A DNA stretch of 64,000 bases from contig JALTLO010000197.1 of the NCBI GenBank assembly GCA_027001995.1, positions 31,299-95,298 on the forward strand. The letters are read 5' to 3'. The notes below the pieces were generated by a model. The model worked only from the letters and a program-made list of their open reading frames with translations. It did not search any database and was not told the DNA's origin. The position numbers were made by a program, and so were the translations under genes. How positions within the stretch are numbered: the first letter of the stretch is position 1; every line of letters starts with the position of its first letter. Below, in pieces: positions 36,351-46,672 of the stretch. Origin of the DNA: Planctomycetota bacterium. Lineage in GTDB: Bacteria > Planctomycetota > GCA-002687715 > DRQF01.

Positions 36351-39347
36351 TCAGCCCTCAAGTGCTGCTAATGTCTGCCAGAAATTGAGCCAGCGTTGTC
36401 GCTCCTCAGAGGGCAAAAATACTGGGAAATTTGGCCCATGGCATTCGGTCAAACGGGGGTCGGCGAGCCAAAGGCTTCGCTCTCTTTGAATGACAAATGG
36501 GGTTGATCCGCTTAAGCCAGCTTCATTGGCATCCAAAAATCGAGAAGCGGCAGAAAGGGCTCGTTCCCAGAGTTTGGCCTGCATGTCTGAATTGATGTTC
36601 TCTTGTCGTGCCAACCATAGAAGACTTGCTAACGCATCTCTTTCGATTCCTCTGGGTTGAGGCCCAAGGGTGCCACGGGGGGGAAGGCTGCCTTGACGTC
36701 CTGGGCCACGGCGTCGTCCCCGGGCAATGGCATCCAGCCAAGCGTTGCTCGCTTCGTTGGCCAGTTTGTTCCAGGTGAGAGTGCGGGCTCGGTCAATGGA
36801 GCCCCGCAGGGAAGGGGTGTCAAGAGGTCGGCCCATTTTCCTGAGAACTTGCAAATCTTGAATTCTTTTCCTGAGGCGGCTGAGCCTGATGGATTTCTTG
36901 TGGCCATCAATAACCTTCAAGGCGCCTTCTAAATTGCCTTGATCTGCTAAGGCTCTGGCCCATGTTGCCGGGAGTCCTTCATGGAGTCCCCCTAAGTCGA
37001 TTCCAGCTTTTGCCGCTTTGATGGAAGCTGCGAAATCCCCAGCCGCCAAGTTCGCCATGGCCAACCGTGGCCACAACTCGTCGTGTTCCGGATGAATCCG
37101 AGCTGCAGTTCGCAAGAACTCCAATTCGGTTTTTGCCGAAACCTGAAAGTAAATGTCGCTCAGGGTACGGTCTAAATTTTCTCTCTTGACGCGGTTCCCT
37201 CCGTACATCACTTCCACGGCGTTCTTGGTTTCCCCCGATCGCAAAAGAGCAATGACCAAGTGCTTTCTGGCGAAAACGCTTCCAGGTTGGAGTGAAAGGG
37301 CAATCCAGGCGTGTCTCGTCGCCATATCGATGTCCGCTTGTGATCGTTGATCGGCAAGGGGAACACCCAATGGGCGATTGCGGCTGGCTAACATGGCGAT
37401 GTGGTGGTTGATCCAAAAGTCATCCGGGTGGGCCACGAAACCTAACCACAAAACATGGAGAGCTTCTTGACGTTCGTTTTCCCGAACCAAGCTGATGGCC
37501 AAAAGGAGGATGCTTTGGGTGTTTCGTTTCTCTAAACCTTTCTCCCTGGCCAATTCCAAGAGAGCTTTTCGATCGTTCTCCAAAGCCACAGAGCGCAGGC
37601 GACGGCGCCAAGGATCTGTGTCCAAGAGTTGGCTGGTGCTGACGAGCTTGGACCAGAGTGATTCAGGCCCTTGGGCTTTCATGTTTCTCGTCGAGGCGGA
37701 TCGCCCTCCGGCTTGCCGTTCTCGGGCGGCCCAGTCGTCTAAAGCTGCCAATATTTTTCTTCGCAAATAGGGCGGTTGGGGGTCAAGTCTTCGAAAAGCA
37801 GATTCTGGGGAGTGCTTTTCCATGTCGATCCCGAATGTGGTGAATGCGGCGGCGTACTCCTTGCGGCCAACATTCGGGTCGTCAATGGGTAACTGACGGA
37901 TGTGGTCGATTTCCTTGGCGAAAGTTTCCTGAGCCAGGGATGCCTTTTCTTTGGCTAACGCCGCCTTCTTGTGGGAGGACAATTGCTCGCGGGTGAGGGC
38001 AAGCTTGGTATGGAGGTCTTTCGGTCCATTGTCTCGCAGCAGAATAAGATCGGCCCGCCTGAGTGCTTCTTCCATGGCATCCCAGGATTTCTCCTGTGAT
38101 CTCAAGTTCGCCGTTCGGAGAGCCCCTTCAAAATTCGTTCGCATTTCGATGAGGTCTTCGTTGCGGGCAGTGATCCAATTCCACCATAAACCACCGCTCA
38201 CCAGCAGAACCAAGATGACCAAGGCACCCAAAGCCATTGTGAGTCGCCTTGCTTTGCGCTCTTCGATGAGTTTGTGGTGGGCGGCTTGGGTTTCTATTTT
38301 CGCCCCTTGGAGGTCTTCTTCTAATTTGTCGATATAGCTGGCAACCACATCAGCGACGATAAAAGCGTTTCTTGGGCGCGATGCAACCACCGGCTCCAAA
38401 CACCAAATGGACAGTTCTTTGATTTCCCTTGGCCCGTCAGCCGCGGAAATCCGTGTCACGGCGTCTTTCATATCCCCTTTGGCCGCAATTGTCGCTGCAT
38501 GTACGCCACTCTCTGGGAGGTGAGGTGGGGCTCCCGTGAGTATTTCGCAGAGGATGCCCCCTAAGGCGAAGACATCGCAGCGTTCGTCGATTTCATCGAT
38601 TTCGCCCCGGGCTTGCTCCGGGGACATGTAGCCAGGAGTGCCCAAGACGGAACCACTCATGGATTCAGAGCTTCCACTGCTGCTGCGGATGGTCCTCAGT
38701 GAATTCTGGTTTCTTGGTTGTTTGTTGGGTGTGCTCTGATTCGGGTTCTTGATGAGCTTGGCAAAGCCCCAGTCCAAGACCTGCACTTCGCCGAATGCTC
38801 CGATCATGATGTTTGATGGTTTGAGGTCGCGATGAATGACACCACGGGCGTGAGCGAAGGAGATTGTCTGACACAAAGAACTGAATATTTGGATCAGATG
38901 GCCAAGATTCTCTTCGACGGTTCTTCGTCTTTTCAAAACATCGGTGAGGGTTTCGCCCTTGACCAGCTTCATGACAAAGAAAGGGCGGTCCCGTTCGTCT
39001 AAACCAGTTTCATAAATGGGCACGATGCCTGGGTGCTGGAGTTGGCCGGCAATCTGGGCTTCTTCAAGAAAACGAGCCATGGCCGAGTTTTCGTCGATCC
39101 GGTCGCGACGGATAACCTTGATGGCGACGTCTCTTTCTAAGCGATCATCTCGGGCGCGATAGACAATGCCCATACCACCTCGGGCAATCTCGTCCAGCAA
39201 ACGAAATCGACCGCACCAACCGTTGTGCTCCGTCTCTTCTTCCTCATCGTCGTTTTGGGAAAAGACTTCCCCCAATCCCAAGTCCCAGACAGATTCCACG
39301 TCTTCTTCTTCGAAGGCTGACTCGTCTTTGTCTTCTTCGTGACTCAT
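36351..39347 (-). CDS. Membrane Ser/Thr protein kinase with TPR-like C-terminus
   Basis: [42 protein letters not shown]; one TM helix; helical repeats. Confidence 0.93.
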   Translation of the reverse strand: MSHEEDKDESAFEEEDVESVWDLGLGEVFSQNDDEEEETEHNGWCGRFRLLDEIARGGMGIVYRARDDRLERDVAIKVIRRDRIDENSAMARFLEEAQIAGQLQHPGIVPIYETGLDERDRPFFVMKLVKGETLTDVLKRRRTVEENLGHLIQIFSSLCQTISFAHARGVIHRDLKPSNIMIGAFGEVQVLDWGFAKLIKNPNQSTPNKQPRNQNSLRTIRSSSGSSESMSGSVLGTPGYMSPEQARGEIDEIDERCDVFALGGILCEILTGAPPHLPESGVHAATIAAKGDMKDAVTRISAADGPREIKELSIWCLEPVVASRPRNAFIVADVVASYIDKLEEDLQGAKIETQAAHHKLIEERKARRLTMALGALVILVLLVSGGLWWNWITARNEDLIEMRTNFEGALRTANLRSQEKSWDAMEEALRRADLILLRDNGPKDLHTKLALTREQLSSHKKAALAKEKASLAQETFAKEIDHIRQLPIDDPNVGRKEYAAAFTTFGIDMEKHSPESAFRRLDPQPPYLRRKILAALDDWAARERQAGGRSASTRNMKAQGPESLWSKLVSTSQLLDTDPWRRRLRSVALENDRKALLELAREKGLEKRNTQSILLLAISLVRENERQEALHVLWLGFVAHPDDFWINHHIAMLASRNRPLGVPLADQRSQADIDMATRHAWIALSLQPGSVFARKHLVIALLRSGETKNAVEVMYGGNRVKRENLDRTLSDIYFQVSAKTELEFLRTAARIHPEHDELWPRLAMANLAAGDFAASIKAAKAGIDLGGLHEGLPATWARALADQGNLEGALKVIDGHKKSIRLSRLRKRIQDLQVLRKMGRPLDTPSLRGSIDRARTLTWNKLANEASNAWLDAIARGRRRGPGRQGSLPPRGTLGPQPRGIERDALASLLWLARQENINSDMQAKLWERALSAASRFLDANEAGLSGSTPFVIQRERSLWLADPRLTECHGPNFPVFLPSEERQRWLNFWQTLAALEG

Positions 39348-40028
39348 CTAGCGCAGGAGATCCAGAAGCTTCAGACATTCTTCGTCGACCGAAGCCAAGG
39401 ATTGAGGATTGTGATATAGCACTTCTTCTCGCAGGGCTCGTTTGAATTCAGCTCTCGCCTTGCGGTATTCCACATGGGCAACATCGGCATCCATGCCAAG
39501 GTCGGCGGCAATCTTTCGAATTGGTAATCCTGAGCCAAATCGCAATTTGAGAATCTCCACCCGGCGCAGGCTATCTTCGCCTTCTAAGGCAGCTTGGGTT
39601 TGGTGCCTTTCACCGGCTCTGGACAACATGGTTTTTGCCCATGCTTTGTCGAATGCTGTGGCGATGCTCTCGTTCTCGGCTTCAACAACGTTGAGAACGG
39701 AATCACCCTGACTTTTTTCGGCAGGGGACTCTCGCCGCTCTTCATAACGTCGCGCGATGTTACGAACGACGGCGAAAAGAAAGCTGCGAAATCGCCCTTG
39801 GCCATTGGCTTCGACCCGAGCCAAGGGGCCTTCTGGTCGGAGGCATTCCAAGAAGACGTCTTGCACGGCGTCGTCATACCATTTCCACATGGGGCCTTGT
39901 CGCCATCGAGCGCTCAAATAGGCGCGAACGATGGATAGGTACTGCCTGGCAAATTCTGAGCGTGCTTCTTCGTCGCCACCCGCGGCTTTCGCGACCATGG
40001 TCCAGCATGTGACATCGCTTTTTGGCAC
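39348..40028 (-). CDS. ECF sigma-70 factor (planctomycete kinase-associated type)
   Basis: TCWTMV, DDAVQDVF, GRFRSFLFAVVRN, FDKAWA, region 4 LPIRKIA; GTG start; stop directly abuts kinase start. Confidence 0.87.
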   Translation of the reverse strand: MPKSDVTCWTMVAKAAGGDEEARSEFARQYLSIVRAYLSARWRQGPMWKWYDDAVQDVFLECLRPEGPLARVEANGQGRFRSFLFAVVRNIARRYEERRESPAEKSQGDSVLNVVEAENESIATAFDKAWAKTMLSRAGERHQTQAALEGEDSLRRVEILKLRFGSGLPIRKIAADLGMDADVAHVEYRKARAEFKRALREEVLYHNPQSLASVDEECLKLLDLLR

Positions 40029-40413
40029 CGGAGTCTCCGAAAGTTACGTTCTTTGTCTTTTGCCTCAACTCGGATGGGATCTGTGAACCTCATGGGACCG
40101 GAAATCCGCCCTGAATTCGGCAACTCTCATAAGTTTAGCTTGCCATGCGGACGACAGCGAGCCATGGGAAAGAACTTTTTCTTTCGGTCTTTTCTCCGTG
40201 AGATCGAGCCCAATTCAAGAAAAATTAGAATTCCATTTCGAAAACGCAATCAGAGCGGATGAGTCTTTGTTGTTGGAGTTTGCACCATTCTTCGGCCCTC
40301 CAGCCGACTTTTGGCCTTTGCCAGGGTGGAAACAGCCCGTTTGTCGTCGATAAGCCGAGACCTCCCAGGCACGGGGTGGTCAAGGGCGCACTTATCTGGG
40401 AAATGGGCATAGG

Positions 40414-40455
40414 AGCCCAGTGATACCTCGATGGAGGTTTCACTGGGCTTTTTTT
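40414..40455 (+). terminator. Intrinsic terminator-like hairpin with no annotated upstream + strand gene
   Basis: AGCCCAGTGA-T-ACCTC-GATG-GAGGT-T-TCACTGGGCT followed by a T run. Confidence 0.7.
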
Positions 40456-40666
40456 CGCTCTTTCCCACTGCAAAAACCCCCCAATGACCCAGAATGGATT
40501 AGGTCAGGGCTTGTTCCTGAGATGGTGGCATTCCAAAGATATTTCTTGACAGGGCATGGAGTCAAAGATGGGGAAGACGGCCCCGGCGGGGGCGAGAAAG
40601 TGAATAATTCGTTTCGGTGGGATTCTTCTATGGACATGGGCGTGGTGGGTCCTCGATAATTGGGCC

Positions 40667-43537
40667 ATGAATGAGGAATCACAACACGAGAATCTGGTGC
40701 GCCAGACAGTCCGTCAGTTGAGAAATCTCTCTCTTAGAGCTGAAAGACGGGAGGTTTTGGACGTACTCCGCTTGGCAGACGAGGCGGCCTATTCTGAGGT
40801 TATGGAACTCATGCGTTTGGACCCCACTCTTCAGTTGGGCTCAGCCCACTCCCATGCTGACAATCTGAGTGATTTGACCTTTGTTGGCGAAAAGGTAGAG
40901 GATGATGGGGGCGTCGGGGTCCTTCCTGCAGCGATGCCTCAGACTCAGGTGGGGGAGTTTCGCATCATCAGGCAGATTGGTACCGGTGGCATGGGGCTGG
41001 TCTATGAAGCAGAGCAAGAAAATCCGAATCGCCGGGTTGCCCTGAAAGTGATGCGTGCGGATTTGATGAGCGAGGGTCTCCGAGAGCGATTTCAGTTCGA
41101 GGCGGAGATCTTGGGGCGCTTAGATCATCCAAATATTGCCAGAATCTTCGCCAGTGGATGGCAGGAAACAGCCGTCGGTAAGCAGCCTTGGTTCGCTATG
41201 GAATTAGTCGCAGGTTTGAGCATTCTGGCCTATGTCCAGGAAGAGAATCTGAGCTTGGAAGAGAAGGTTGCCCTATTTTTGGGGGTGATTGAAGGGGTTC
41301 ATGGGGCTCATCAAAGAGGCGTTATACATCGAGATTTGAAACCAGCGAATGTGATGGTCAATGACGAAGGCCGGGTAAAGGTCTTGGATTTCGGACTTGC
41401 CAAGCTGGCAGATTCCACGATGGATGCCATGAAGACCCAGACCGGGCAATTGGTGGGCACTCTCAACTATATGAGCCCAGAGCAGGCCGGAGGGGATTCT
41501 GATGAACTCGATGTTCGAACCGATGTCTACTCTCTCGGTTGTGTACTCTATGAACTTCTGAGTGGTGAAGTCCCGGTGGACACCCGGGGCCAAAACCTGA
41601 CCAGGTCGATTGTCGAGATTCAAGAGAAGACTCCAGTTGAACTCGGTATCATCAACCCGGCATGTCGCGGCGATCTGGCACTCATTGTGAGCAAGGCCAT
41701 CGCTAAGGACAAAGAAATGCGCTACGGATCGGCCGCCGCCTTGGGAGATGATCTCCGTCGATTCTTGGCCAATGAAGCGATCGTCGCTAGGCCTCCTTCC
41801 GCGTGGTATCAGCTCAGGAAACTGGGGCAAAGAAATCGCGTGGCGTTTCTTGCGGTTGCGGGCGTGTTAGTTGCGATCATTGTTGGGGGTGTCGTATCGT
41901 TGAAGTTTGCTGTGGAGGCGGAAGAACACGCCCGGATCGCCGAGAGCGAAAAACAGCGGGCGGAGATGGAGTCAAGGAAGCGACTCCGCTTGGCAGAAGA
42001 GGCGAGGCGAGAATCAGAAAGAGCGGAGGCTGAGGCGAAGGCTCGACTTAAGGCAACAGAAAGATCGAATCGATACTCCCAATTCATCATCGAGACGTTT
42101 GCCAATATCGATCCCAATATTGCCAGGGGAAAGGAGATTTCTCTGCGTCAGGCCATGCAGGAAGTGGAGGCAAAATTCGAAAAGAGTCTGGGCGATGATC
42201 CTGAGAGTCTAGCGCGCTTACATGGTTTTTTTGCCACTATGAGTGAAAGTCTTGGTGATCCAGAGGGGGCTCTTGATCACGCGAAGAAAGCGGCCGGCCT
42301 TCTGGAGCGTTTTCCCCAAGAGACAAGAATTCTTGCCCAAGTGGAGAAAATCTGGGCTTTGAGTTTGGCGAGGCTGGGGCATGTTGAAGAGGCGGAGTTT
42401 CATTTGAATCGGGTTGAAGAAATCCTGAAGGCTGATGGCCTGGAAGAGGGGACGATGGCAGCTACCCTCTTGGCGGACAAGGCGGAACTCTATGAGCGAA
42501 TGGGGCGCTACAAAGACGGCCTTTCTCTTGCGGATAGAGCCCTTGCTCTCCGCTTGAAGATTTTCGGGCCCGATCATGAAGATGTCATCATGAGTCGATT
42601 TATCCGAGCGTCGATCTTAACGGCTATGGAGAACTTCGACTTGGCTAAGGAAGAGGCGACTCGTTGTCTTGAATATCGTGCAGCAAACTTGCCGAGGAAT
42701 CATCCCTTGGTGGCCGAGGCGCACAATCTCATGGCCCGTATTGCGGTGGGGCGGGGAGAAATTCAGTCTTCGATTGAGCACACTCAAGCAGCCATTGCCA
42801 TCCAGAAGATTGTCTTTCCTGAAGGTGGCAGACCACTCCGAGCGAATCTCATGAACTTGGGGTTTCTTTATATGCAAGAGGGGAAGCTCGAGCTCGCCAG
42901 GGAAACTTTGAAAGCGGCATTGCACGCTTACGAGACCTCTGATGGTCAACAAGATCCAGTGGGGTTTTCCGTCTGTTACATCACTCTCTCGGATATCTAT
43001 GACCAGCAAGGGGAATTGGGATTGGCTTTGGATGCCATTTCTCAGGCGGTGGCCTTGCTTCAGTCTCACCCTGGAGTGGCCCCCATCAATTTGGCTCACG
43101 CGCTTAGTCGCAAAGGATCATACTTGTCCGCTAAGGAGTCGGAACCGCTCTACCGACAGGCTCGGGACTTGTTCAGGAAGTCGGAATCGAGGACATCGCC
43201 CAATGCCTTGACAGCGTCTCGTCACCTCACGGCTGCTCTCATGAAGCAGGAGAAGTTCATAGAATGCCGCGACCTCTTAGAGGAGTTGCGAACTGAAATT
43301 GACAGTGCCAAGAACATCCCATTTCGGGAACGCATGGCAATTCATGTCAATCTTGGACTTACCTATGACAAACTGAAAATGTTTGCCAAGGCCGAAGAGT
43401 CTCTCCTCTATATTTACCGGCTTTGCCAAGAAGCTGGCCCACCCGCAGCCAGATCTTTGGCCGCGGTGAAGAAGAACCTCTTCGATTTCTACAGACGCTT
43501 GGGCAAGAAAGAAAAAGCAGCCAATTTCAAACCCTGA
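40667..43537 (+). CDS. Membrane Ser/Thr protein kinase with TPR repeats
   Basis: IGTGGMGLVY, VALK, HRDLKPAN, DFGLAK, GTLNYMSPE, DVYSLG; TM, coiled coil, TPR units (IFGPDHED, RNHPLVA). Confidence 0.94.
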   Translation: MNEESQHENLVRQTVRQLRNLSLRAERREVLDVLRLADEAAYSEVMELMRLDPTLQLGSAHSHADNLSDLTFVGEKVEDDGGVGVLPAAMPQTQVGEFRIIRQIGTGGMGLVYEAEQENPNRRVALKVMRADLMSEGLRERFQFEAEILGRLDHPNIARIFASGWQETAVGKQPWFAMELVAGLSILAYVQEENLSLEEKVALFLGVIEGVHGAHQRGVIHRDLKPANVMVNDEGRVKVLDFGLAKLADSTMDAMKTQTGQLVGTLNYMSPEQAGGDSDELDVRTDVYSLGCVLYELLSGEVPVDTRGQNLTRSIVEIQEKTPVELGIINPACRGDLALIVSKAIAKDKEMRYGSAAALGDDLRRFLANEAIVARPPSAWYQLRKLGQRNRVAFLAVAGVLVAIIVGGVVSLKFAVEAEEHARIAESEKQRAEMESRKRLRLAEEARRESERAEAEAKARLKATERSNRYSQFIIETFANIDPNIARGKEISLRQAMQEVEAKFEKSLGDDPESLARLHGFFATMSESLGDPEGALDHAKKAAGLLERFPQETRILAQVEKIWALSLARLGHVEEAEFHLNRVEEILKADGLEEGTMAATLLADKAELYERMGRYKDGLSLADRALALRLKIFGPDHEDVIMSRFIRASILTAMENFDLAKEEATRCLEYRAANLPRNHPLVAEAHNLMARIAVGRGEIQSSIEHTQAAIAIQKIVFPEGGRPLRANLMNLGFLYMQEGKLELARETLKAALHAYETSDGQQDPVGFSVCYITLSDIYDQQGELGLALDAISQAVALLQSHPGVAPINLAHALSRKGSYLSAKESEPLYRQARDLFRKSESRTSPNALTASRHLTAALMKQEKFIECRDLLEELRTEIDSAKNIPFRERMAIHVNLGLTYDKLKMFAKAEESLLYIYRLCQEAGPPAARSLAAVKKNLFDFYRRLGKKEKAANFKP

Positions 43538-43597
43538 TCCGACGGCTTCATAAGGTTGCGGTTCCCAGTTAGCGAATTTTCTGGGCAAGATCACAGC

Positions 43598-46024
43598 TCA
43601 TATCGTTTTTTCCCGTTGGGGCAAGGTGCGGATCATGAGGAAGGGAATGATGAGGATGACTGCGCCTACCACATAGGGGCTTGCATAGCTGAATCGCCAA
43701 TAGAGGAGTCCCCCCAGGACAGGACCAACAGTTCGCCCCAAAGCACCGATAGAGCGATAGACACCGATGATCCGACCTTGCTCGTGTTCCGGAGCATAGA
43801 AGGAAACCAAGGACGTGAGACAAGGGATGACCATGGCAGAACCGGTGGCCATGAGGCTAAGCCCGACATAGAGCAAAAAGACGCTTCCCAAGTTGCCGGC
43901 CATGGCAATCAAAATGAGCCCAGGGATGAGAATCTTGAGCCCCTTTTGGGTGACGACTGATTCACCGATCAATGCTGCCTTTCGTCTGACGTAACCTCCT
44001 TGTACCATCGATAGGACGACACCAATGAACACGAAAAGCATGCCGTTTTCTGCCGCGCTGTAGTCCAGCTTTTCGAACGTCAAGAAGGTCAGCATGTTTT
44101 CGGCGGCACCAAAAGCCGAAAGGAAAATGAAATTGACCCAAACGACGGCAGATACCCCAGGATAGCTTTCCATGTGGAAGAGCTTGATGGGGTTGATGGT
44201 GCGATAGAGTTTACCTTTGCCTCGTTTCTCGGGAGGAAGAGTCTCTGGGAATTTTCTCAGGACGAAAACAAAGTTCCAGACGCAAAGGAGAAAAGCGATC
44301 AGAGCCGGAGCAGAGAAGGGGTTGATACCCCAATCGGAGCCTCCACTGAGCCACTGGTGAAGAGGAATAAATGCGGCGCTAAGTCCGCCAATTGCCGGCC
44401 CCAAGATGAATCCGAGACCAAAGGCAATGCCAATGATGGCCATACCTTTGGAGCGAGTTTGCTCGGTGGTGGTATCAGAAACCGCTGCAGTGGCTGTTGT
44501 GATATTGCTGCCCATGAGACCGGAGAGCAAACGTGAAATGACGAGCAGCAAGAAGCTGCCAGAAAACACCCAAATCAAATAGGCCACAGCATTGCCGAGA
44601 ATCGAGAAGAGCAAGATGGGGCGGCGACCGACGCGGTCGGACACAGCTCCAAAGACTGGAGCCATGGCGAATTGAAGAAAGGAGTAGAGGAAGACTAAGA
44701 GTCCGCCGAATAGGGCCATAGTGGCTTTTGGGTTGTCTGAACCTCCGGTGATGCCCCGAATTCCTTCCATGAGGGCACCGAACAGACCGGTCTCACCTTC
44801 TATGGCATTGTAGTAGTTGAGCATCTCTGGGAAGAGGGGAAACATGATGGAGAAACCGATGAGATCGATGAACAAAGTCAGGAACATCGTTTTCAGAACA
44901 CTTCGGTCTTTGGGTGAAAGGGCTCCGTCAGGATACTTGTCTAACCCAAGGTAGGGGCATGTCTCGCATTGCTTGGGGGCGTGGCAACACCCCTGTTCGG
45001 GAACTTCAATGGGACAAGCACGGGGAATCGGGAGTTCTGGGGAAGTAGGTGTTGCTGAAGTAGACTCATCCTGAGGTAACATGACATCTTTGGCAAAGTC
45101 CTGTGCCCAATCCTCATCGTCATTGAGGCATCTCACCACATGGAACTCGCTCCCACCATGTCTCAAGAATATCTCTCTCAGGCCGATACCTACCTCTTCT
45201 TGGGTTTCTAAATTGTCGACCACGAATGCTGGGCAAACCACGGTGATTTTCTTGACCCCATTTTGGGCCATCTGGATGATTGTCTCTTCCGTACTTGGTG
45301 CTAACCAAGGTTCCCGACCGAATCTTGACTGGAAGGTGAGGTGAGTGTGTTTCGGATTGTGCTTGGTTCCCTGTGCTAAGAGGGTGGCGGTTTCGACGCA
45401 TTGATCGAAGTAGGGGTCGCCTCCTCGGATGCGGCGGATGGGATAGCCATGAAAAGAGAAGAGCAATTCTTCAGGAGGATCCGCTTCGAGGCTCTCGTTG
45501 ATCTTCTGGACTGTGTTGTTGATATAGGCCGGACTCTTGTGGAAGTTCTCGACAAAGGTGATCTCCATTGGCCCTATTTCTCTCAGCGCCTTGTCGAGGG
45601 CATCTCTGCAAGAAAGTGTGGTGGCTTCGCAAAACTGAGGAAACATGGGAATCACCCGGACATGCTCGCAACCCCTGTCCTTTAGTTCTCTCAGTTGTGA
45701 GGTGACGGAAGGGGGGCTGAGAATGTAGGAGAAGGCTAGTTCTATTTGCGTTCCATCAATGTGGGTTTGAAGCTTCTCAACAAATGATTCCGTAAACTGA
45801 AACAGCGGAAAGGTGGAGCCAGTCCAAATGCTTCTGTAGGCCGCGGCCGATTTGGGGGAGCGAGAAGGGAGGATGAAGAGGTTCAGCACCAGTTTCCACA
45901 CCAAATCTTGTTTGTCGACCACACGGGGGTCGCCAAGAAATTCTCGGAGGTATTCCTTCACATCGCTGACTTGGGGGCTTTTGGGAGAGCCCAATTGAAT
46001 CAAGAGAATACCGAGTTTCTTCAT
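43598..46024 (-). CDS. hemH: Ferrochelatase fused to DHA1/TetA-like MFS transporter
   Basis: N-half LGSPKSP, FLGDPRVV, FSFHGYP, FQSRFGREPWL, DNLETQEE; Cys-rich linker; C-half MFS motif A GAVSDRVGRRP and motif C GFILGPAIGG, about 12 TM; one uninterrupted 808-aa frame. Confidence 0.88.
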   Translation of the reverse strand: MKKLGILLIQLGSPKSPQVSDVKEYLREFLGDPRVVDKQDLVWKLVLNLFILPSRSPKSAAAYRSIWTGSTFPLFQFTESFVEKLQTHIDGTQIELAFSYILSPPSVTSQLRELKDRGCEHVRVIPMFPQFCEATTLSCRDALDKALREIGPMEITFVENFHKSPAYINNTVQKINESLEADPPEELLFSFHGYPIRRIRGGDPYFDQCVETATLLAQGTKHNPKHTHLTFQSRFGREPWLAPSTEETIIQMAQNGVKKITVVCPAFVVDNLETQEEVGIGLREIFLRHGGSEFHVVRCLNDDEDWAQDFAKDVMLPQDESTSATPTSPELPIPRACPIEVPEQGCCHAPKQCETCPYLGLDKYPDGALSPKDRSVLKTMFLTLFIDLIGFSIMFPLFPEMLNYYNAIEGETGLFGALMEGIRGITGGSDNPKATMALFGGLLVFLYSFLQFAMAPVFGAVSDRVGRRPILLFSILGNAVAYLIWVFSGSFLLLVISRLLSGLMGSNITTATAAVSDTTTEQTRSKGMAIIGIAFGLGFILGPAIGGLSAAFIPLHQWLSGGSDWGINPFSAPALIAFLLCVWNFVFVLRKFPETLPPEKRGKGKLYRTINPIKLFHMESYPGVSAVVWVNFIFLSAFGAAENMLTFLTFEKLDYSAAENGMLFVFIGVVLSMVQGGYVRRKAALIGESVVTQKGLKILIPGLILIAMAGNLGSVFLLYVGLSLMATGSAMVIPCLTSLVSFYAPEHEQGRIIGVYRSIGALGRTVGPVLGGLLYWRFSYASPYVVGAVILIIPFLMIRTLPQREKTI

Positions 46025-46105
46025 GTCGCACTCTTATGGTTGTATCTAGTCGCGGGATCTCTTGAAAGGAATCGCTTCCCAGGAATTGAAGAGACATGGG
46101 CACTA

Positions 46106-46525
46106 TCACTTAGAATCACAGGACTTGTTGGTGAGTCCATCCAAGCGCGCATTTGTTAAATGGCCTTTTATCAACTCTTGAAGTTGAACGAAGACCTGTG
46201 TCACCGCACAACCCCCACTGGCAGGACAATTGCCTTCGACTTGAGTCTCACAGACGTTCATGGCCAGAGGACCTTCGAGAGCTTCAAGAATTTGGAGGAG
46301 GTCAATTTCCTTGGCTGGACGTCCCAGAGAATAACCACGCTTGGCTCCTCGATGGGCTTGAACAATACCAAAGCGGGTCAGGGACTGAAGGATGTTTGAT
46401 AAGTAGTTGGCTGGGGCCCCAATTCCTTCAGCGATATCCACCAGAACGACGGGGCAATGCTCACTTTGCTCCGCTAAGAAGACAGTGGCACGAATGGCGT
46501 ATTCCGTGCCGCGATTGATCTGCAT
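46106..46525 (-). CDS. Rrf2 family Fe-S transcriptional regulator (NsrR/IscR-like)
   Basis: TEYAIRA, YLSNILQSL, RGAKRGYSL, ILEALEG, three Cys (C..C.....C) in the C-terminal part. Confidence 0.92.
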   Translation of the reverse strand: MQINRGTEYAIRATVFLAEQSEHCPVVLVDIAEGIGAPANYLSNILQSLTRFGIVQAHRGAKRGYSLGRPAKEIDLLQILEALEGPLAMNVCETQVEGNCPASGGCAVTQVFVQLQELIKGHLTNARLDGLTNKSCDSK

Positions 46526-46604
46526 GGGTAATTCCTTTCAGTCCCAACCTGACCCTGAGGTCTTCTCATTCATTTTGTTGGCAAATCTCTGACTTTCAAG
46601 ATAT

Positions 46605-46633
46605 AGTCACTCAACTCACTCACTTGAGTGACT
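46605..46633. promoter_or_regulatory. Perfect inverted repeat, probable Rrf2 operator in the divergent promoter
   Basis: AGTCACTCAA-N9-TTGAGTGACT between the divergent rrf2 and nod-like starts. Confidence 0.65.
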
Positions 46634-46672
46634 TTGACAACTTGATCCTTCCTAAACCCTCGGAGTTAGCTC

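Noticed and set aside
40070..40125. SRP (4.5S) RNA-like look of CTGTGAACC..GGACCGGAAA
   Set aside because: Lacks the conserved TCAGG..GGAAGGAAGCAGC domain IV motif
40300..40400. Moco or cobalamin riboswitch
   Set aside because: Only fragments (CCAGGG, GAAA, CCTCCC, GAGACC) match, spacing is wrong and the downstream gene is unrelated; kept only as an unclassified structured candidate
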